Shown piece by piece: positions 1-6,780 of a stretch of DNA of 13,461 nucleotides. The translations under genes were made by a program, and so were the position numbers. The stretch covers positions 116,253 to 129,713 of the forward strand of contig CAZFHY010000013.1 of NCBI GenBank assembly GCA_964519305.1, in the 5' to 3' direction. How positions within the stretch are numbered: the first letter of the stretch is position 1; each line of letters starts with the position of its first letter. The stretch is from Candidatus Undinarchaeota archaeon. GTDB taxonomy: Archaea; SpSt-1190; JASMDC01. The notes below the pieces were generated by a model. It did not search any database. It saw nothing but the letters and a program-made list of their open reading frames with translations, and was not told where the DNA came from.

Positions 1-98
1 AGGGCATTCTTCAGAACAAGGCGAAGATGCAGAGCACCATCAACCAGATCGAGGAGCTCACACCCGGAACCATGGAGCTCATGTTCGACTGGATGTAA
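1..98 (+). CDS. 3' end (partial) of array paralog 0, conserved C-terminal domain family
   Basis: Frame starting at nt 3 reads [31 protein letters not shown] (TAA at 96-98). 96/98 nt are identical to 765-862, and the same post-stop sequence GCACGCTCA follows. Confidence 0.9.
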   Translation, partial: GILQNKAKMQSTINQIEELTPGTMELMFDWM

Positions 99-202
99 GC
101 ACGCTCATCCATCATAACAGATAGACAGAGGACCCAACCCCCGGCAACGGCTCCGGAGGCACGGGCCCCTAGGGGCCATTTATAAAGAGAGCTAGCTTTT
201 CA

Positions 203-250
203 AGGAAACATTTAAATACAAGTTACTACTATATAGTAGTAAACTGGTGA
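203..250 (+). promoter_or_regulatory. Archaeal promoter (BRE + TATA), palindromic operator-like site and RBS for paralog A
   Basis: Purine-rich AGGAAACA (203-210), TTTAAATA (211-218), perfect 20-bp palindrome TTACTACTATATAGTAGTAA (223-242), and GGTGA (246-250) ahead of ATG 254/257. Confidence 0.8.
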
Positions 251-253
251 TGA

Positions 254-862
254 ATGATGATCGAAGGTATTGACAAGGACGGCGGCGAGTGCAGGGCCCT
301 GGTGCCCTACACCGGCGGCAAGGAGATAACACCTTACGCCGAGGCCGGTCTTCCTGTTTCATATTCACTCAACGGAAAGGAGCTCTCTCCCTACGCCAAG
401 GGTGGCGAGCTGGTCCTTTCCGAGGACGGGAGGGGCGCTAAGGGTTCCTACTCCGTCCCCTCGGGCTCATACAGCGACAACGCTGCCGAGCTCAGCTACC
501 TCCTGGCCGGCGAGAACCCTCATGAGCAGAATCCGCAGGAGACCGCTGAACGGAATGCGAAGCTCGGTAAGTACTGGGAGGGTGCCAAGGAGTTCGGAAA
601 GGGTGCCCTCGACCTCGGCGGTCGCGCCGTCAAGGGCGTCGGGAACGCCATCGAGAGCGGAATCGGCTACGCGGGCGCCACCTACAAGAAGGATTCCGCA
701 TCACGCGCTCAAGATCTCTACCAGACATCTAAGACACTCGGCGAGGCCCGAGATGTCTACTACCAGGGCATTCTTCAGAACAAGGCGAAGATGCAGAGCA
801 CCATCAACCAGATCGAGGACCTCACACCTGGAACCATGGAGCTCATGTTCGACTGGATGTAA
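254..862 (+). CDS. Hypothetical protein, array paralog A (low-complexity PY-motif N-terminus + conserved 110-aa C-terminal domain)
   Basis: 202-aa ORF with its own promoter and RBS. The C-terminal 110 aa are 105/110 identical to paralog B with mostly synonymous nt changes. The start may be ATG 257. Confidence 0.88.
   Translation: MMIEGIDKDGGECRALVPYTGGKEITPYAEAGLPVSYSLNGKELSPYAKGGELVLSEDGRGAKGSYSVPSGSYSDNAAELSYLLAGENPHEQNPQETAERNAKLGKYWEGAKEFGKGALDLGGRAVKGVGNAIESGIGYAGATYKKDSASRAQDLYQTSKTLGEARDVYYQGILQNKAKMQSTINQIEDLTPGTMELMFDWM
530..862 (+). repeat. 333-bp direct repeat (constant C-terminal module), copy A
   Basis: Ungapped match to 1381-1713 with 18 differences in 333 nt (manual count). 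The last 98 nt also match 1-98. Confidence 0.95.
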
Positions 863-967
863 GCACGCTCAACACTCAAAGTTAGATGGACCGCTGATCC
901 GACCACCGGCAATGGCTCCGATGGCACCGGCCCCCTGGCCCGCTTTATAAATAGGAGAGCTTTCTCT

Positions 968-1013
968 AAGAAAGGTTTATATACCAGTAACTACTATATA
1001 GTAGTAACTGGTG
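968..1013 (+). promoter_or_regulatory. Archaeal promoter (BRE + TATA), palindromic operator-like site and RBS for paralog B
   Basis: AAGAAAGG (968-975), TTTATATA (976-983), 30-bp palindrome ACCAGTAACTACTATATAGTAGTAACTGGT (983-1012, one mismatched pair), and GGTG (1010-1013) before ATG 1021. It aligns without gaps to the paralog A promoter at an offset of 765. Confidence 0.8.
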
Positions 1014-1020
1014 TTGAATC

Positions 1021-1713
1021 ATGGCCTATGAGTTCACGAACATCACCGATGCCTATCAGGCCCTGGGAGTCAAGTCCGGGGCTAGCGAGAAGGAGGTGAA
1101 GGACGCCTACCGCTCCCTGGCCATGCAGCATCATCCTGACAGTGGCGGCGACGCCAACATTTTCGACGTGATCACCAAGGCCCGCGATTACATCAATGAC
1201 AATGGCTACGGAGCCGGCCCTGATGTGGAAAAGCTCATCGAGGGCGAAAAAGGCGGCGCTGTCGTCCCCTACCAGGCCCCCGCGCCATCCTACGGTGCAC
1301 GCGATCCTCATATCGCCGAGCTAGAGCAGGGGCTCGCCGAGCAGCGGTACGATGCTGCCGGTACCAATCCTTACGCGGATAATCCTCAGGAGACCGCTGA
1401 GCGGAATGCGAAGCTCGGCAAGTACTGGGAGGGTGCCAAGGAGTTCGGAAAGGGTGCCCTCGACCTCGGCGGTCGCGCCGTCAAGGGCGTCGGGAACGCC
1501 GTCGAGAGCGGAATCGGCTACGTGGGCGCCACCTACAAGAAGGACTCCGCATCACGCGCTCAAGATCTCTACCAGACATCCAAGACACTCGGCGAGGCCC
1601 GAGACGTCTACTACCAGGGCATCCTTCAGAACAAGGCGAAGATGCAGAGCACCATCAACCAGATCGAGGAGCTCACACCAGGGACAATGGACCTGATGTT
1701 CGACTGGTTATAG
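1021..1713 (+). CDS. J-domain-containing protein, array paralog B (N-terminal J-domain + linker + conserved 110-aa C-terminal domain)
   Basis: DAYQALGV...[24 protein letters not shown]...[11 protein letters not shown] is a J-domain with an intact HPD (1132-1140). There is no G/F-rich, Zn-finger or DnaJ_C region, so this is not canonical DnaJ. Confidence 0.9.
   Translation: MAYEFTNITDAYQALGVKSGASEKEVKDAYRSLAMQHHPDSGGDANIFDVITKARDYINDNGYGAGPDVEKLIEGEKGGAVVPYQAPAPSYGARDPHIAELEQGLAEQRYDAAGTNPYADNPQETAERNAKLGKYWEGAKEFGKGALDLGGRAVKGVGNAVESGIGYVGATYKKDSASRAQDLYQTSKTLGEARDVYYQGILQNKAKMQSTINQIEELTPGTMDLMFDWL
1381..1713 (+). repeat. 333-bp direct repeat (constant C-terminal module), copy B
   Basis: About 95% identical to 530-862. 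Identity begins abruptly at the NPQETAER codons and ends at the stop codon. Confidence 0.95.
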
Positions 1714-1720
1714 GTTACGG

Positions 1721-2014
1721 TCAGAACCACTGTTTCAGGCCTGTCTGCCCCTTCTTCGGCGGCTCATCATCAGCAGGCGTCGGTTCAAGTGTCTTCAGAG
1801 TCTCAGGTTCGCCCAGCGGAAGGGTCTCTTGGACCTGGTTCGCCGACTCCACCCGCAGACCTTTCACGAAGTCAAAGAAGGTCTTGCGCTTCCCGTCCCG
1901 GTATGACACGAAATTGGCACATATCCCAACGCTCCTCGAGAGGGGCACTGGGGCGGAGGCAAGGAAGGTACAGGCGTCGTTGCGGGCGTGGAGACACTCA
2001 GGACAGGTGGGCAT
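1721..2014 (-). CDS. Small Cys-rich (putative Zn-binding) protein with C-terminal PIP-box
   Basis: 97 aa. N-terminal CPEC-x7-C-x16-C pattern, Pro/Glu-rich linker, and C-terminal KKGQTGLKQWF. The ATG lies 5 nt after the upstream gene's stop, with GGAGG upstream. Confidence 0.75.
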   Translation of the reverse strand: MPTCPECLHARNDACTFLASAPVPLSRSVGICANFVSYRDGKRKTFFDFVKGLRVESANQVQETLPLGEPETLKTLEPTPADDEPPKKGQTGLKQWF

Positions 2015-2019
2015 CCGGC

Positions 2020-3090
2020 TCAGGACCTCCTCACAAAGGAGTGGTCGCCGAGCACGAACTCAACGGTGTGAGACTCCTGGTTCCCCACTCCAACGGAGGC
2101 CGCTCGCCCGAGGATGGAGTTCACGAGCTTGATCGGGTAGTCGATACCGCACTCGCCCATCACGATGCTCTCCTCGATCGAGGTGTTCCGTATAGTGACG
2201 TTGTCACCGATTGAGACGTATGGTCCGATGATGCAGTCGGGACCGATGGTACAGCCCTCGCCGATGATCACGGGTCCACGGACGATTACGTCCTTACCTA
2301 TGGTCGAGCCTTTCCCTATGGCCACCGCACCGCGGACGACCGCTTCCTCGCTCACAGTACCACGGATGTCGGTTGTGAGCTCGTTGAGGATGAACCGGTT
2401 ACCCTCCAGAAGGTCCTCGGGCTGACCCGTGTCCTTCCAGCTGCCCTTTAGCTTGACAGCGTTGACTGGCCTCTTTCGCTCAAGGAAGGTCTCGATCGTG
2501 TCCGTCAGCTCGTACTCGCCCCTCGCTGAGGGTTTGAGCTTGCCTATGATGTCCCACACCTCGGGGCCTGAGAAGAAGTAAATACCCGCGATGGCAAGGT
2601 TGGTCTTGGGCTTCTTGGGCTTCTCGACCACGCGGATGATGGAACCATCGTCCACCTCGGCGACACCGAACTTCTCGGGATCGTGGACCGGGAACAGGGC
2701 GACCGAGCATGGCGCACCACTGGCATCGTGCTGACCGACCATGTCCTTGATGGGCATGTTGAAGATTATATCGCCTAAGAGCACGATGAAAGAGTCGTCA
2801 CCCACCCAGTCCTTGGCGATGCTCACCGCGTGAGCGAGCCCCTTACGTTCCAACTGGTCGCGGTAGATTATCTTTACACCGAATCCCGATCCATCCCCCA
2901 GGAAATCCATCAGGGGCCCCTTCATGTACCCGACGATAAGGCACATCTCGGTAATACCCGCATCCCGGAGCTTCTCGACGGTGTACTGGATTACCGGCTT
3001 GTTAGCGAGCGGGAGCAGTTGTTTAGGGCCCGTATGGGTGATGGGCCTCATGCGCGTGCCGAACCCGGCGGCGAGGATGACTGCCTTCAT
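2020..3090 (-). CDS. rmlA: Glucose-1-phosphate thymidylyltransferase, long form (NTP_transferase + hexapeptide beta-helix)
   Basis: MKAVILAAGFGTRMRPITHTGPKQLLPLANKP, GLAHAV, LGD, FGV, VEKP, LKPSARGEYELTD and WKDTG motifs, followed by C-terminal hexapeptide repeats. Start is ATG 3090 or GTG 3093. Confidence 0.92.
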   Translation of the reverse strand: MKAVILAAGFGTRMRPITHTGPKQLLPLANKPVIQYTVEKLRDAGITEMCLIVGYMKGPLMDFLGDGSGFGVKIIYRDQLERKGLAHAVSIAKDWVGDDSFIVLLGDIIFNMPIKDMVGQHDASGAPCSVALFPVHDPEKFGVAEVDDGSIIRVVEKPKKPKTNLAIAGIYFFSGPEVWDIIGKLKPSARGEYELTDTIETFLERKRPVNAVKLKGSWKDTGQPEDLLEGNRFILNELTTDIRGTVSEEAVVRGAVAIGKGSTIGKDVIVRGPVIIGEGCTIGPDCIIGPYVSIGDNVTIRNTSIEESIVMGECGIDYPIKLVNSILGRAASVGVGNQESHTVEFVLGDHSFVRRS

Positions 3091-3156
3091 CACATCGCTC
3101 TAGGACAGCCGGTTTTTTATTGTTTGTCCGTGTGCGTGGGCCGCGGGGTCGAACGC

Positions 3157-4593
3157 GTGGACTGTCCGAGTCGCCAAGGGAGGTACGTCGTGGCGGCAGC
3201 GCTCCTCGTGGCCATCGTGTTCAGACTGAGCATCAATGCAGCGCTGTTGTCCGCTAATCCCATGCCTGTGGGTAACGACGGCTCCTGGCATCTGGCCCGT
3301 CCGGCCAACATCGGCCTCGCGGGTCGTGTCCCTGACGGGAGCGTGCCGGATCCCGTTGAGAAGCGGTTCTACGAGTATCCCGTCCCTTATCATCTCCTCA
3401 TCCTTGTGCTCAACTGGTCCACTTCGCTAGGACGGCTCACGCTCTTCCGTCTCCTCCACATCGTCCAGCCCCTTGTCCATGTGCTCCTCGTGTACGCTCT
3501 CCTGCGACCCACCATTGGGCGGCGGTACGCGTCCTTGGGAGCTCTCATGGCCTCAGGCACCGTGTCAACAGGCCATTACCACGGTCTCCTCTTCGCCTAC
3601 CCGTCGACGTTGGGTCTCCTCCTTCTCCTGGCATCGGTGCTTCTCCTGCGTCGCGGCAGGACGGGGATGGCCGCAGTCGTACTCCTGGCCGGGTTCCAGA
3701 CCCATTACGCGGTGGCCGCTATGGGGCCGGTCATCTACCTCCTCCTTGCCATCGGACCTGAAGAACGACGGCCTGCTCTGACCGTGCTCGCTGTGGCCCT
3801 CTCTGCCTTTGTGGTACTATGGTTCATCCCTACCTTCGCCTCCACAGGCCATCTCCCCAAGGCCCAGACTGTACGCAACGCCGCTGACATGGTCCCCGGA
3901 GCCCGTTCACTGCTCGAGCGATGGTTCCCCACACTGCCGGCGGAGGACCGTCCGGTCGAGCGGTACATCCAGGTGGAATCGGTGGCCTATCCAAAGCTGA
4001 AGAACCTCCTGTTCCTCAATCCTGTGCTCATCCTGCTCGCTCTCGCCGGTCTTTCCAAGAGCGATCCTCTCCATCTTGCGTGGCTTCCCGGCGCACTACT
4101 GTTCCTCGCGGGCTTCCCCGGATCCTACCGGCTCATGCTCTTCGCAGCCCAGCTCCTGCCACTGGCCGCCGCTCCCGCCCTCGCTCAGCTGGTCCGTGAG
4201 GTGAAGAACAGGTCCTATCTAGCATTGATCCTCGCACTCATCCTCATCCCGGGCCCACTTCTAGAGACCCATCTGGCCTTGGGGTGGGCGCAGGTGTACA
4301 CACCTCTCGAGTATGCTGACACCCTCCAGGTCCACGACAGGCTCGGTGCAGAGACCGTGGCCGCGTGCGATCCTGTGGTGTATGCAGTGCTCGCCATGAC
4401 GGGTGAAAATCCCGGATATCGGATCGAGCGTCATGACTGCGATCCATCGTCGACGTACCTCGTGCTCCACGAGCAGTGCGAATGCGCCGACTGCCGGCGT
4501 GCTCAGGCGCCGTGCACACAGGTACTGCCCGGACGTCAGGAAGTGCTGCAGGTCGGAGCGTATACCGTGTACGGACGTCGGACCGTCGGGTGA
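3157..4593 (+). CDS. Multi-pass membrane protein, probable GT-C-fold glycosyltransferase
   Basis: The first TM helix is followed by a GNDGSWH loop and EYPVPYHLL, resembling the D-x3-H / YP-P-x-H pattern of ArnT/PMT-like GT-C proteins. It has roughly 10-12 hydrophobic segments and a polar C-terminal domain. The ORF-track start at 2830 overlaps rmlA; GTG 3157, preceded by GGGGT, is more plausible but uncertain. Confidence 0.65.
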   Translation: MDCPSRQGRYVVAAALLVAIVFRLSINAALLSANPMPVGNDGSWHLARPANIGLAGRVPDGSVPDPVEKRFYEYPVPYHLLILVLNWSTSLGRLTLFRLLHIVQPLVHVLLVYALLRPTIGRRYASLGALMASGTVSTGHYHGLLFAYPSTLGLLLLLASVLLLRRGRTGMAAVVLLAGFQTHYAVAAMGPVIYLLLAIGPEERRPALTVLAVALSAFVVLWFIPTFASTGHLPKAQTVRNAADMVPGARSLLERWFPTLPAEDRPVERYIQVESVAYPKLKNLLFLNPVLILLALAGLSKSDPLHLAWLPGALLFLAGFPGSYRLMLFAAQLLPLAAAPALAQLVREVKNRSYLALILALILIPGPLLETHLALGWAQVYTPLEYADTLQVHDRLGAETVAACDPVVYAVLAMTGENPGYRIERHDCDPSSTYLVLHEQCECADCRRAQAPCTQVLPGRQEVLQVGAYTVYGRRTVG

Positions 4594-4627
4594 ACCTTCT
4601 TAAAGGTTGGAGGCGCTGACCGCCCCG

Positions 4628-5623
4628 ATGGAGCTTCTTCCGCTGGCAGCCCTCTCTTTCGGTACCGCGCTGGCCTCCAGCCTTGTCCTCACGCCACGCC
4701 TGGCGGCCGCCATCGAGGAGCGGGGCCATACCGTTCCGGACCGGTACAAGCTAGACCTGCCTGAAACGCCCACCCTCGGTGGAGCGTGCGTGCTCATCGG
4801 CTGCTTCCTTCCCATCATCCTCTCCATCCTCCTCATCGAGAACGTTCCCACAACACAAGGTGTGAGCCTCCTGGAGAAGATGCTCATCTACTACATCATC
4901 ATGTTCTTCTTCGCGATCTTTGGCATCATGGACGACATACTGGTGCTCAGTCGACGCATCAAGCTCGTGGTCCCGATCATCCTGGTCATCCCGTTCGTCC
5001 GGCTGGTGGACCCATTGGTCCGTTTCCCGCTAATGGGGCGGATCGACCTGCCCCCGGTAGCATTGTACTTCTTCTTGGCCTTCTACGTCATGGTAGTAGC
5101 CAATATGGCCAACTTCCACGCCTCGTACAACGGGCTCTCCACGGGATTGTCGGCCATCCTTATGGCGGCCATGATGCTCAAGAGCTATCTTATGAACCGG
5201 CCTGATGGCGTGCTCATCCTCGCACCCCTGTTCGGCGCGACGGTGGGCTTCCTCTGGTTCAACTTCCCCCCATCACGTATCTTCCCCGGAAATTCCGGGA
5301 CCTTTCTCTACGGAGGGTGCATCGGGTTCTTCCTCATACTCCAGGAGCTCAAGACCTTCGGGCTCGTGGCCCTGGCCGCCCACATCATCAACTTCCTGTT
5401 GTTCCTGTGGTACATGAAGGCCAGGATCATCCCCTGGGTACGGGGAAAGTACGAATACACCAACTTCGGGAAGGTCGACAAGGACGGATTCCTGGTCCCG
5501 CCCCATCGGGGTCTTCTTAAGTTCCTGGTGGCGTCCTTCCGCCCCACCACCGAGCGCACCGCTGTGCTGACGCTCTATGCGCTCACTGCTCTGTCATGTG
5601 CAGCAGGGCTGGTTCTGACCTAG
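4628..5623 (+). CDS. MraY/WecA/GPT-family (Glycos_transf_4) polyprenyl-phosphate HexNAc-1-phosphate transferase, AglH-like
   Basis: PTLGG, GIMDD, ANMANFHASYNGL and FNFPPSRIFPGNSGT motifs with about 10 TM helices. Start is ATG 4628 (alternative TTG 4607). Confidence 0.87.
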   Translation: MELLPLAALSFGTALASSLVLTPRLAAAIEERGHTVPDRYKLDLPETPTLGGACVLIGCFLPIILSILLIENVPTTQGVSLLEKMLIYYIIMFFFAIFGIMDDILVLSRRIKLVVPIILVIPFVRLVDPLVRFPLMGRIDLPPVALYFFLAFYVMVVANMANFHASYNGLSTGLSAILMAAMMLKSYLMNRPDGVLILAPLFGATVGFLWFNFPPSRIFPGNSGTFLYGGCIGFFLILQELKTFGLVALAAHIINFLLFLWYMKARIIPWVRGKYEYTNFGKVDKDGFLVPPHRGLLKFLVASFRPTTERTAVLTLYALTALSCAAGLVLT

Positions 5624-5672
5624 CGGCCGCTGGCCCCAACGAATAAATACCTTCACGTGCCCCCATCCATCG

Positions 5673-6713
5673 ATGAGGGCCCTCGTGGACATCAACCATC
5701 CCGCTCACGTCCACTTCTTCCGCTGCGCCATCGAGGAGCTCCGGGACCGGGGACATGAGGTGCTCATCACTGCCCGGAACAAGGAGTGCGAGTACGCGCT
5801 GCTGGACGCCTACGGTCTCGAGTACACGGACCTGGGATCCCATTACAAGGGACTTGCGGGCAAGGCCGTTGGTATGCTGGCCATCGATGCACGGCTCACC
5901 CGGGTAGCACGCCGCTTCCGCCCCCAAGTGCTCACGGGCATCCACAATACCTATGCGGCCCATGTTTCCCGCCTCACACGGGCCCGGTCCGTCGTTTTCA
6001 CTGATACTGAGCACGCACGCCTAGCAAACACAATCACCTTCCCCTTCGCCCATCGCATCGTCACTCCAGCATGCTTCCGTCTCGACCTTGGCCCCAAGCA
6101 TCGTCGGTACCGGGGCTACCATGAGCTGGCCTATCTTCGGCCGGAACGGTTCACACCCGATCCTGCCGTGGTGGAGCGGGCAGGTGTCGATCCGGAGGAA
6201 CCATTCGTAGTGGTCAGACTCGTATCCTGGGGTGCCAGCCACGACGTGGGGCATCGCGGTCTGGGACAACGCGAGAGCCTGCGGCTCGTCCGTTCCTTGG
6301 AGAAGGAGGCTCGTGTCGTGGTCACGACCGAAGGGGCTGCCGGGGGCGAGCTGGCGCGTAACGCGGTCCACATCCCTCCGCACGAGATGCACCACCTCCT
6401 GGCGTTCGCCTCGCTCTACATCGGTGAGGGTGCGACTATGGCCTCAGAGGCCGCCGTTCTCGGAACACCGGCGCTATACGTGAATCCGCTGGACCTGGGT
6501 TATATGGCCGAACAGGAGGAGCGGTACGAGCTCGTCCATCGCTTCCTGGACAAGACCACCACGGCCGACGACCTCCTCAAGTCCGCCCTACCGCTCCTGA
6601 CCGAACCGGACGCACGAAAGCGGACAGCAGCTGCACGCGAACGCCTCCTTGAGGAGACCGAGGACGTCACAGAGGTCATCTGCGAGCATCTGCTCGACAC
6701 AGCTGACATATAA
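5673..6713 (+). CDS. DUF354 family protein (GT-B fold, predicted glycosyltransferase)
   Basis: DINHPAHVHFF, FTDTEHA, YRGYHELAYL, WGASHD and GEGATMASEAAVLGTP motifs. AATAAATA (5642-5649) lies about 24 nt upstream, suggesting a leaderless mRNA. Confidence 0.88.
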   Translation: MRALVDINHPAHVHFFRCAIEELRDRGHEVLITARNKECEYALLDAYGLEYTDLGSHYKGLAGKAVGMLAIDARLTRVARRFRPQVLTGIHNTYAAHVSRLTRARSVVFTDTEHARLANTITFPFAHRIVTPACFRLDLGPKHRRYRGYHELAYLRPERFTPDPAVVERAGVDPEEPFVVVRLVSWGASHDVGHRGLGQRESLRLVRSLEKEARVVVTTEGAAGGELARNAVHIPPHEMHHLLAFASLYIGEGATMASEAAVLGTPALYVNPLDLGYMAEQEERYELVHRFLDKTTTADDLLKSALPLLTEPDARKRTAAARERLLEETEDVTEVICEHLLDTADI

Positions 6714-6780
6714 CGGTGCGGACGCCCCAAACGAGCACATTAAAGCTTTTTGTGAGGATTTGTGAGCAGGCTGATCCACC

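Noticed and set aside
833-862. PIP-box or clamp-binding motif in the paralogs' TMELMFDWM tail
   Set aside because: It lacks the Q-x-x-h-x-x-aromatic-aromatic spacing.
402-950. Alternative-frame ORF (182 aa) and its counterpart at 1352-1696
   Set aside because: These are Arg/Ser/Pro-rich shadow frames of GC-biased coding sequence. The substitutions between copies are synonymous in the main frame, not in these.
223-1012. CRISPR repeats or intrinsic terminators
   Set aside because: There are only two copies, 765 bp apart with a full gene between them. They sit just after TATA boxes rather than after stop codons and have no T-tract.
530-1713. Diversity-generating retroelement TR/VR pair
   Set aside because: The differences are mostly synonymous third-position changes and are not adenine-specific. 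Both copies lie in intact genes, and there is no reverse transcriptase in the window.
1021-1713. Calling this gene dnaJ
   Set aside because: Only the J-domain is present; there is no Zn-finger or substrate-binding domain and no adjacent dnaK/grpE.
2830-3156. N-terminal 109 aa of the 587-aa ORF
   Set aside because: It overlaps rmlA on the opposite strand and the AT-rich divergent promoter region (about 3113-3125), so the real start is probably near 3157.
4593-4608. Inverted repeat AACCTT-CTTA-AAGGTT
   Set aside because: It is a single-copy 6-bp stem overlapping a possible TATA-like element, too weak to assign a function.
5281-5303. Inactivation of the MraY/AglH-like enzyme because FPGD reads FPGN
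   Set aside because: As I recall, Asn at this position also occurs in archaeal AglH-type homologs, and the other motifs are intact. The change alone is not enough to call loss of function.
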